DNA of 64,000 nt from Deinococcales bacterium. GTDB lineage: Bacteria; Deinococcota; Deinococci; Deinococcales; JAAFIG01. Position numbers and translations under genes: made by a program. The notes under the pieces were generated by a model. The model was not told where the DNA came from, made no database searches, and saw only the letters and a list, made by a program, of their open reading frames with translations. Position 1 is the stretch's first letter. Every line of letters starts with the position of its first letter. Positions 7,493 through 15,754 of this stretch are shown here, piece by piece. The DNA is taken from the NCBI GenBank assembly GCA_013298595.1, contig JAAFIG010000006.1, positions 66,017 to 130,016 of the forward strand, in the 5' to 3' direction.

Positions 7493-9724
7493 TTATGGTG
7501 TCAGTTGCCCGTAGACAAATCCAATACCACCAAAACCGATGTAGACCTTACCAAAAGTACTCGGGTCGCCTTCAATGGTTTGTACGTTATCCATAATGCC
7601 AATCGGGTAATCGGAAATATTTTTCCACGTTGTAGCATTATCGCTCGAGCGCCAAATGCCGTATTGCCCACCAACTTTGCCCGCGATAAAAATGGTTGGA
7701 TAACCGCCCACTGTTAAGGGTTTACCAAAACCGTATGCCGACACTCGAGTGACATTAGCAACATCTGTCCAAGTTGTGCCACCATCGGTGCTGCGTTTGA
7801 ATGGTGCATCTAAACCATCTAAACCACCTGAGGTAAAAAATAAATGCCCTGCTTGGTCAGGTACAGCTCGGAGTTTGGCATTAAACACACTAAACGGTGT
7901 GATCTCGCCCGTAAAAACCAGTGTCCAACTCGAGCCACCATCGGTGGTTTTGTACAACCCTTTGGCACTGTGATACAAGTAAAAAACACCTGCTGTAACA
8001 CGGTCTGCTGCCAGCACTTGTCTTCGCAGGTAGAACTGAAAATGCGAACCCGGTTCGTTGGCAGGTGCATCTGGCAGCGTAATCATTTGCCATGACTGAC
8101 CACGGTCTTTGGTGAAATACGCGGCTCGATTTAAGGATGGTTGCCAAATAATGTTTTTGGTATCGCCGCTATTCACGGCGATATTACCAAAGCCAAAATT
8201 AGCAGCTAGCGGTTTGATACCCTCGAGATTGCCATAAGCTGGGGCGGGAAATTTTGGAAACACCGTCCAAGTAAAACCACCATCGGTGGAGTACCCTGTT
8301 TGCAAACTTTGCCCATCGAGTTGACACCAATAATCACAACCGTAAGCTCGATGGTCAGATACCACAGCCACCAAAAATTTTGGATCTGAGGCAGCATAAT
8401 CTAAATCCCAAGCACTATTAAAACGCAGTGTGGGCAGTTTTTTCGTGGCGTATACATCTAAGTTTTCATGGGTAAAAATTCCAAAATCCCAACTGGCAGT
8501 GACAACAGCACCATTTGGCGGAGCAATCACATCGTTAGAAACCAGTTGTTCGATCCCTCGAGATTGAATTTGCCATCTGATAATGTTGCTCGAGTCGATA
8601 TCGGCATACCAAACACCAGCACCTTGGGCGTACCAGAGGCGACCAACATTTTGTGGATCAAAAATAATTTGAGCTGTCGAGAAATATCCTTCGCCACCCA
8701 TATTCGGAATCCAAGGCACATCCTCGGGGCTACCACTGACGGTGCGCTCGGTCAGTGTCCATGTTTGCCCAGCATCTACACTGCGGTACAAGCCACCACC
8801 ATCGTTGATTGCCAGCACTTGATTGGGTTGACGTGCATCGCTGATGACACTACTAAAATAATCGGCATTGACACCCATTTTTTCGTAGACACCCGCTTTA
8901 AAACGCCATGTGCCTTGATTGGTTGCCACGTATAAAACACCACCCGATAACGATGAACCATTAAATTGCAAAGCACTGCCAGCATCGCTCGAGATTCGAT
9001 TCCACGTCTGCCCAGCATCGGTGCTTTGGTACATCCCGTTTTTGTTACTACCAGCATAAATTGTTTGGCTTATACCAGCTTGGCTGCTCGAGGGGTCAAA
9101 GAGAATCGCTGTTACCCCTGGTCCTGTGCCATTATCGCGTTCGGGTTTACCTTTGATTAAACTGAGTTGCGTCCAACTCGAGCCAGCATTTTCACTGCGC
9201 CACAAACCTGTTTCAGGCGTGCCAAACAGCACGATATTGGCATTGGCTGGGTCGACCATCAGTTTTTGATTGATTTGTCGCCAATCGTCGTTGGCATTAA
9301 ATTTTTGTTCAGGTAAGGCGGTTCGTGTCCAAGTTGCCCCTTGGTTATTACTGCGAAAGACACGACCTCGAGTTGCCATATAGGCAATGTTCTCGTCGGT
9401 TGGAGCGCTTGCCACTGCCAAGACACCATTGGCATTTTCGCTGGTCACATCCTCGAGTGGCATACTCTGCGCGGTGAACGCTTGCACCCACGTGTTATTG
9501 ACCCAACGGTACAAACCATAGGTATCGGTGATGGCAAAACGCACACGCCCAGCAGGATGAAACGATAAGCCTGTGATAAAACCACCAGCCCCTGTTTTCA
9601 GAGGTTTCCAAATGTAGGCATTGTTTGGATTTGGATTTTCTGCAATTGGTTTTTGAGCCTCTGTGTTACAAGCCACCAGTGCTGCTAAACCCAAAACAAG
9701 GCTACTGACAAATCGAATATTCAT
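7493..9724 (-). CDS. BNR/Asp-box repeat, double beta-propeller glycoside-hydrolase-like lipoprotein (GH74-like)
   Basis: Has a lipobox (LVAC). About nine SxDxGxTW Asp-boxes are present (SNNQGATWT, STDAGQTWN, STDGGFTWT, TTDGGSSWT and others). The ~740-aa size fits two 7-bladed propellers. Confidence 0.8.
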   Translation of the reverse strand: MNIRFVSSLVLGLAALVACNTEAQKPIAENPNPNNAYIWKPLKTGAGGFITGLSFHPAGRVRFAITDTYGLYRWVNNTWVQAFTAQSMPLEDVTSENANGVLAVASAPTDENIAYMATRGRVFRSNNQGATWTRTALPEQKFNANDDWRQINQKLMVDPANANIVLFGTPETGLWRSENAGSSWTQLSLIKGKPERDNGTGPGVTAILFDPSSSQAGISQTIYAGSNKNGMYQSTDAGQTWNRISSDAGSALQFNGSSLSGGVLYVATNQGTWRFKAGVYEKMGVNADYFSSVISDARQPNQVLAINDGGGLYRSVDAGQTWTLTERTVSGSPEDVPWIPNMGGEGYFSTAQIIFDPQNVGRLWYAQGAGVWYADIDSSNIIRWQIQSRGIEQLVSNDVIAPPNGAVVTASWDFGIFTHENLDVYATKKLPTLRFNSAWDLDYAASDPKFLVAVVSDHRAYGCDYWCQLDGQSLQTGYSTDGGFTWTVFPKFPAPAYGNLEGIKPLAANFGFGNIAVNSGDTKNIIWQPSLNRAAYFTKDRGQSWQMITLPDAPANEPGSHFQFYLRRQVLAADRVTAGVFYLYHSAKGLYKTTDGGSSWTLVFTGEITPFSVFNAKLRAVPDQAGHLFFTSGGLDGLDAPFKRSTDGGTTWTDVANVTRVSAYGFGKPLTVGGYPTIFIAGKVGGQYGIWRSSDNATTWKNISDYPIGIMDNVQTIEGDPSTFGKVYIGFGGIGFVYGQLTP

Positions 9725-9844
9725 TAGGTTTTACCTCGAGTCTGACCTTAATTCTGACACCTCGAGCCAACCAAGAAACAATTCTCGAGCACAGATTGAT
9801 TGTCACTCGAGGTGGATTTAGACAACCCACCTCGAGTTTGTTGG

Positions 9845-12583
9845 TTATTGCAATTGCCCATAAAACGTTCCGCGTCCGTTGGTCATGACGTAAACTTTGC
9901 CGTAAACATTGACATCACCTTCGATGCTGGTGAATTTACCTGTCAACACATTATTGGCAGCCGTCGAGATACGAACCCAAGTTGTTGCATCATCGTCACT
10001 GCGCCAAATACCTTCGACACCATTGACCACACCCGCCAAAAAGATGGTTGGGTTGCTGCGGTTTGGTGCAGACTTACCATATGCCACACCAAGCGCACGA
10101 CCAACAGCACTAATCTTAGTGAAATCCTGCCCACCATTGACCGAACGCCACAATCCTTGTTCACCTCGAGTCAGCAGCAATTCTTGGGCTGTATTAGGTT
10201 TGCTGCGTAGTTGTTCGCCACCATGCCACGGCGCACCATCGGTAAAAGGATCAAACGACTTCCAAGTTAAACCACCGTCCGTACTGCGGTAGAGCTTGGT
10301 TTGATACCCAGCGATATTGCCATACACATAAAACGTTTTGGCATTGACTTTGTCTGCCACCAATGGTTCGCCATTCAGGTAGGTACTAACAAATGGACCA
10401 TTGTAGTAATACATCGGGCTAAAACTTTCGTTTGTACCCTCGATTAACCCTTTTTTCCAAGTGCGTCCACCATCGAGTGTGGCATAAACACCTTCGCCAG
10501 CTTGCGCCCAAACAATGTTATTTTTATCACCCAACCCAAGTGCAATGCGTCCAACTCGAGCATCTTGAGGAATACTTGGAAAGCGCTGCCAATCGATACC
10601 ACCATTGGTCGAAAATCCTGCAAAAGTTCGCTCTGGGTTGTACCAATAAATCTGGTCTTGCCCAACTGCAACTAAGTAATTGGGGTCACTCGAGAGAGCA
10701 TCTATGCTGGTGTAGGTAAATAATGGGATCTGATGAGCCGATTGGAAATCTGGCACAACATCAAGGTCGTTATAGACAAACCCAGCTAAATCTGAGATAC
10801 CACTGATGTACTTGCCATTGGCTAAACTTTTACCTGTGATGTCCACTGTTTCGGCAACGCCTTTGCTGTACGTTGTCCATTTGGCACTCGAGTGACCATT
10901 GGCATCGCGGGAACGCAAATTATTGGTGCGCCAAATACCAAAGCCACCTGTTGCCCATGCCCGATTTGGGTCGAATGGATCGAGGGCTGCGCCTTGTCCA
11001 AAACTTTGATCCTGATTGGTCACCCAACCTTCTTGGGCTTTGACATCACCATCATCGAAGTCTATGCGTGCCCATGTGCGTCCGCCATCTTCGCTCGAGA
11101 AACCTTTACGCCACTCATAAGAGGTAAACCAAGGCGTGACCAACAAATGATCCTGCCCAGCCACCGTAACGGCACTCATCCCATCAAAGTTCATGGCACG
11201 ATCAGGAGAAATATTTGTCCAGACACCAGCCTCGAGTCGGTAGACACCATTGGGTGTATTGCCATCCTCAACCCAATTATTGGCAGGGTTGGGTTTGAGG
11301 AAACTGGCATACAAAATACCTTTGCTACTAACACTGACATCACCCATTAAGTAACCAGGAATTTCTGCTCCAGCCACATTACGAGCCTCGAGTACTTTGC
11401 GCCATGTCGCACCAGCATCATCGGTTTGGTATACGCCTTCTTTGGCAATACCAACCCAAACTCGTTTTGAACCAGCCCCCGCCGTACCCGAAGTCGGATC
11501 GAATGCCACAAAACCCACGCCCTGCACAGCATCACCTTTAGGTAGAGTGGCAATCGCTGCCCAACTCGAGCCACCATCGGTCGAACGCCACAAACCCTGC
11601 CCTCGAGAACCAAAGTAAACAACCGCTGAACTGTTTGGGTCTACGGCTAAGCGTTCACCACTCGAGCGCCAATCGGCATTACCAAAAATAGCAATATCGG
11701 TTTTTAGTACACGCCAAGTTGTACCTCGATCGGTGGATTTGAGCAAAGCCGATTGTGTATCGGCATCCGATTTGCCATTGCCAGCCGCTGCATAAACAAT
11801 GTTGGCATCGGACGGATCTAGGGCAATGGATTCGGTATCAAAATACCCTGTTTGTGCTTTGGTAAAACCATCAGAAAGCGGTATCCAAAAACCCGTACTT
11901 TCGTTCCAACGAAAAGTACCACCGACATCGGTGCGGACATAGACCAAATTGCGTTCTTTAGGATGCACCACCACACCTGTCACCATGCCGCCACCACCAA
12001 CTTCGACGTTCTTCCAAACCGTTGCACCTGTGGGTGTTGGCGGCGGTGGGTCGGTATTTTCGGTCACTACACTAAAGGCAGGATCAAACCACCAAGGCGC
12101 AGTGGTTGCTGCCTCAAAATCTGCATTGAGCAAAATATTTTTACCGCTCGAGTCAAGCAATTTTGTGTCATCAATAAAAGTCGGTGTGCTGGCAGGACTC
12201 GAGTTGGTAATGTTAAAGGTAAATTTTGGATTCGCACCGATTGTAACTGCCACCGAGCAAGTCTTCCACTCACTCGAGGCAACACAAGGTACATTGGCTA
12301 AACTTTTACTCCAACTGCCTTCAAAAAACCGCAGTGTGACTTCGCCTGCGCCTTTCAAGCGAAAACTCGCGGTGTACTGAGCACCCGCCACAGCTGTCCC
12401 TTCCTGAGCGATGTTATCCCAACTACTCGGACCACTGGCTTTAACCAGTTTATTGCTACCCAATGCTTTAGGGTCGCTCGAGTTCACAACAGGATTTTGC
12501 ACAATAGGGCTTTGCACAGCCGTATTACAAGCTGCCAGCACTGCCAAACCTAGAACAAGACTGATTTGCTGAAATCGTTTCAT
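9845..12583 (-). CDS. BNR/Asp-box repeat glycoside-hydrolase-like lipoprotein with an N-terminal carbohydrate-binding-module-like domain
   Basis: The start MKRFQQISLVLGLAVLAACN (lipobox) is at 12583. An N-terminal ~170-aa beta-sandwich-like region is followed by Asp-boxes (STDRGTTWR, STDGGSSWA, SEDGGRTWA, STDGGLTWK). It is a paralogue of 7493-9724. Confidence 0.75.
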   Translation of the reverse strand: MKRFQQISLVLGLAVLAACNTAVQSPIVQNPVVNSSDPKALGSNKLVKASGPSSWDNIAQEGTAVAGAQYTASFRLKGAGEVTLRFFEGSWSKSLANVPCVASSEWKTCSVAVTIGANPKFTFNITNSSPASTPTFIDDTKLLDSSGKNILLNADFEAATTAPWWFDPAFSVVTENTDPPPPTPTGATVWKNVEVGGGGMVTGVVVHPKERNLVYVRTDVGGTFRWNESTGFWIPLSDGFTKAQTGYFDTESIALDPSDANIVYAAAGNGKSDADTQSALLKSTDRGTTWRVLKTDIAIFGNADWRSSGERLAVDPNSSAVVYFGSRGQGLWRSTDGGSSWAAIATLPKGDAVQGVGFVAFDPTSGTAGAGSKRVWVGIAKEGVYQTDDAGATWRKVLEARNVAGAEIPGYLMGDVSVSSKGILYASFLKPNPANNWVEDGNTPNGVYRLEAGVWTNISPDRAMNFDGMSAVTVAGQDHLLVTPWFTSYEWRKGFSSEDGGRTWARIDFDDGDVKAQEGWVTNQDQSFGQGAALDPFDPNRAWATGGFGIWRTNNLRSRDANGHSSAKWTTYSKGVAETVDITGKSLANGKYISGISDLAGFVYNDLDVVPDFQSAHQIPLFTYTSIDALSSDPNYLVAVGQDQIYWYNPERTFAGFSTNGGIDWQRFPSIPQDARVGRIALGLGDKNNIVWAQAGEGVYATLDGGRTWKKGLIEGTNESFSPMYYYNGPFVSTYLNGEPLVADKVNAKTFYVYGNIAGYQTKLYRSTDGGLTWKSFDPFTDGAPWHGGEQLRSKPNTAQELLLTRGEQGLWRSVNGGQDFTKISAVGRALGVAYGKSAPNRSNPTIFLAGVVNGVEGIWRSDDDATTWVRISTAANNVLTGKFTSIEGDVNVYGKVYVMTNGRGTFYGQLQ

Positions 12584-12800
12584 AAAACACAACCTCCAAG
12601 CAGAACTCGAGAAAGAACGATTGTTGCTGGTAACGGTACCGATGCCAGTACAACCCAAGCGAGGTACATAGTCCTCTCACTTCCGCCAAGTGGTTGTTAT
12701 TTGTCGCCAAGTGGTTTGCCAGCGCTGCCAATGGTCACTCGAGATAGTCTGATTCAGAGTTCAATGTATGCTTTGAACATATCGCAAAAAGGGTAAAATT

Positions 12801-14042
12801 GTGAACAAAAGGAATCATCAAATCCGACAAATTCTCCTCCTGTTCTGGGCATTTTTTCTGGGCAGCCTTTTGCTGATTTGGAATGCTCGAGCTTACGCCC
12901 CAATCAACCATGCCGAGACAACCTTAGCGCAATTGCGTTTTTTAAAAACCAAACTCGAGACTGGTACCGCCGAACAAATGCAGCAGATTTTTCCCGAAGG
13001 TTTTTTCTTTTCGTGGGTACTATACGGCTTGGGTAATGCTCAATTAGCGGCTCAACTCGAGGCGAATGATGCTGAAAAAAACTGGTTACTCGAGAATGCT
13101 GTAACCGCCTTAACCCAACTCGAGTCTGATGCTGGGAAAAACATTTTTCCCAAAGAACTCAAACCGCCTTATGGTGCGTTTTACAATGCGTGGTTATTGT
13201 ACTTACAAGCTCAGACCATCAAAGCTATGGGGAAGCAAACCAACGCAAAGCTACTCGAGAAATTTGCCATTGGTTGCGCTGCTTTTGCCGCTGCACTCGA
13301 GCAAAGCCAAACACCTTTTTTGCAATCTTACACGTATCAATCTTGGGCAGTGGATACCAGTATTGGTATTGGCGCACTGGGTATTCATGACCAAATTCTC
13401 GAGCCAAAATTCAAAGCAGTGATTGCTAATTGGATCAATAAAGCCAAGCAACGCCTTGAGCCAAACTTAGGCACGCTGGTACATCTCAGCGATTATCAAA
13501 CAGGTAAACCACTGGACGGAACTCGGGGGAGCAGCCTAGCGATGATGATTCTTGCTATTGCCAATGCAGACCCAGACTTTGCTGTCCAGCAATACACCGC
13601 ACTCCGTCAACATTTTTTTGCTACACCACTGGGTATTCCTGCCATTCTCGAGTACCCACATGGCAGCAGCGGCAAAGGTGACGTGGACTCAGGACCGATT
13701 GTTATGGGGTTCAGTGGACCCAGCATCATTGTTGGTATGGGCGCAGCCATTGCCATGAACGATTTATCAACTGCTCGAGCCTTAAATGGTTTTGTTGAAA
13801 CAGGTGGTTTGGCAGTGCAGATCTTTGGAAAACGCGCTTATCTGTTAGGCGCACTGCCCATCGGTGATGCTTTTCTGGTCTGGATTCGCACCTTAACACC
13901 GCAAACAAAACTCGAGTGGCAACCGATCCTGCCAACCTTCTGGGCATGGGGTTTACATCTTCTGACAATGCTATTACTTCTCCGAATTGCCCTTGCGGTT
14001 CGTGCTCGAGCCAAAGGTAAACCTGTTATGCTAAAACCATGA
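12801..14042 (+). CDS. Hypothetical membrane-anchored, largely alpha-helical protein
   Basis: 413-aa ORF with a GTG start and both N- and C-terminal hydrophobic anchors. It has a 4-nt ATGA overlap with the downstream PIG-L gene. I recognised no motif. Confidence 0.6.
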   Translation: MNKRNHQIRQILLLFWAFFLGSLLLIWNARAYAPINHAETTLAQLRFLKTKLETGTAEQMQQIFPEGFFFSWVLYGLGNAQLAAQLEANDAEKNWLLENAVTALTQLESDAGKNIFPKELKPPYGAFYNAWLLYLQAQTIKAMGKQTNAKLLEKFAIGCAAFAAALEQSQTPFLQSYTYQSWAVDTSIGIGALGIHDQILEPKFKAVIANWINKAKQRLEPNLGTLVHLSDYQTGKPLDGTRGSSLAMMILAIANADPDFAVQQYTALRQHFFATPLGIPAILEYPHGSSGKGDVDSGPIVMGFSGPSIIVGMGAAIAMNDLSTARALNGFVETGGLAVQIFGKRAYLLGALPIGDAFLVWIRTLTPQTKLEWQPILPTFWAWGLHLLTMLLLLRIALAVRARAKGKPVMLKP

Positions 14043-14731
14043 ACATCCTCGCCATTTTCGCACACCCAGACGATGAGATTTCCTGCCTAGGCACACTAGC
14101 CAAACATGCCGCTCGAGGCGACACAGTCAAACTGGTTTGGACAACCTATGGCGAACTCGCTTCACAATTTGGTGATGCACCCGCTAACGAAGTCCGAACC
14201 ACCCGAGAAGGGCATGGCAAATTTGTTGCCGAAACCATTGGTGCAAGTTACCAATTTTTTGATATGGGCGATTCCAAAATGCTTGGTTCTCGAGATGAAG
14301 CTTTGCAACTTGCAAGGTTATACGCTGAATTCAAACCCGATGCGATTATCACTTGGGATGATTTTAATCGTCACCCAGACCATCGCGCCACAGCCAAAAT
14401 TGTTTTTGATGCCTTAACATGGGTACGTATCCCAAAAATTCTCAATGAAAACCAAAGTATCATCCTCGAGCCACACCGTAAACCAATTACTTTTTACCAA
14501 TACGTCGCCGCTGCTGATACCCACCGCCCAATTGTCCATGTGGATATTAGCAACACGTTTGAAATCGCTCAGAAAATCCGCCAGTACTACGCAGAGTTTT
14601 ACAAATGGGAATGGAGCAACCAAGATTTCCAAGCCACTCGAGCTGCCTGGGGACAAAGTGCGGGAGTCAAATACGCTGAACGATTTAGCATTCAACGCAG
14701 CGTGCATCCGCCAGTCGAGTATTTGGTTTAA
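14039..14731 (+). CDS. PIG-L/LmbE-family N-acetylglucosaminyl deacetylase
   Basis: The N-terminal ILAIFAHPDDEISCLG and the later HPDH motif are typical of the PIG-L family. Confidence 0.85.
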   Translation: MNILAIFAHPDDEISCLGTLAKHAARGDTVKLVWTTYGELASQFGDAPANEVRTTREGHGKFVAETIGASYQFFDMGDSKMLGSRDEALQLARLYAEFKPDAIITWDDFNRHPDHRATAKIVFDALTWVRIPKILNENQSIILEPHRKPITFYQYVAAADTHRPIVHVDISNTFEIAQKIRQYYAEFYKWEWSNQDFQATRAAWGQSAGVKYAERFSIQRSVHPPVEYLV

Positions 14732-14761
14732 GATAAATGCCGCAAGACGAAGTCAAAAATC

Positions 14762-14784
14762 GTAGCAGCGAGGCGTGCCTCGCC
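14762..14784 (+). repeat. REP-like element GTAGCAGCGAGGcgtgCCTCGCC
   Basis: Lies between the convergent PIG-L and CoA-binding genes. Confidence 0.65.
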
Positions 14785-14806
14785 CTGCTAGAACCCAACA
14801 GCTATT

Positions 14807-15232
14807 TCACAACCGCAAATTATGATGATCTGCCATTAAGCACCGATCTTGTACAACTTCAATACCCGCCTCAAGAAGTTGAGCGGCAAATTCATCATTG
14901 CGAATACCAAGTTGTAACCAAACCAATTTTGGGCGTGGTTGCATGGCAAGAATATCCTCAAGATGCGCCTCAAGATTTTCTGAGCGGCGAAACATATCTA
15001 CGATGTCTATGGGTTGGTCTAATTCGCCCAGCGTTTCGCGGATTGGAGCATTAAACATGGTTTGCCCGAGCATCGAAGCATTGATTGGATAGATGGTGTA
15101 CCCTGCCTCGAGCATGTACTGTGCGACATAATGCGCGGGTTTCTCGGGGTTAGCGCTCACGCCAACCACAGCGATGTTTTTGGCAGTCTCGAGGACTTCG
15201 CGGATTTCGGATAAGCCTTTTCTTTCACGCAT
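14807..15232 (-). CDS. CoA-binding domain protein (YccU/YneT-like)
   Basis: 141 aa. NIAVVGVSANPEKPAHYV is characteristic of the small CoA-binding protein family. Confidence 0.75.
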   Translation of the reverse strand: MRERKGLSEIREVLETAKNIAVVGVSANPEKPAHYVAQYMLEAGYTIYPINASMLGQTMFNAPIRETLGELDQPIDIVDMFRRSENLEAHLEDILAMQPRPKLVWLQLGIRNDEFAAQLLEAGIEVVQDRCLMADHHNLRL

Positions 15233-15752
15233 TGGGAATCACCTTTTTCTTGCCTCGAGTACCAATAAAAACAGCTGCGACCAAAACCAGCAAAGCAGCA
15301 ATTCCCCAAAGTGGATTGATTTCTGAGGTTTGGCTACCACCAGAAGCCGTAAAATCAAGTTCTTGATTGACACTCGAGGTACTTGGCACTGTTCGTTGAT
15401 CTTCGGGTTCAAGTACAGTCAAATCTAAGGCACTCACCCAAACCCGCTTGGCTTGGAATAAACGCACTGTCACAACATGGGCATATGGTAACTCGAGTTT
15501 TAATTTTAAGACATAATCTGTACCATCTTTTTTCATGGCGTACTCGCCAACTGGTTTGCCACCACGTGTGATATTAAGCGTGACTGTTTGTAAATCTGTC
15601 AGACCAGGCGAGACTCGAAACACAAGGGATTGACCTTGTACCACAGTTAAACCGCGCTCGAGATTAGCGGCTGGTGTTACTTTTAAAAAAGCTTGATCTG
15701 CCAAAGCAAAACTCGAGACTAACAACCAACATATGATTAGTAATTTTTTCAT
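15225..15752 (-). CDS. Hypothetical secreted protein with a C-terminal membrane anchor
   Basis: Has a signal peptide (MKKLLIICWLLVSSFALA), a C-terminal TM segment and a basic tail. It lies 3 nt downstream of the dnaX stop. Confidence 0.55.
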   Translation of the reverse strand: MKKLLIICWLLVSSFALADQAFLKVTPAANLERGLTVVQGQSLVFRVSPGLTDLQTVTLNITRGGKPVGEYAMKKDGTDYVLKLKLELPYAHVVTVRLFQAKRVWVSALDLTVLEPEDQRTVPSTSSVNQELDFTASGGSQTSEINPLWGIAALLVLVAAVFIGTRGKKKVIPNA

Positions 15753-15754
15753 TG

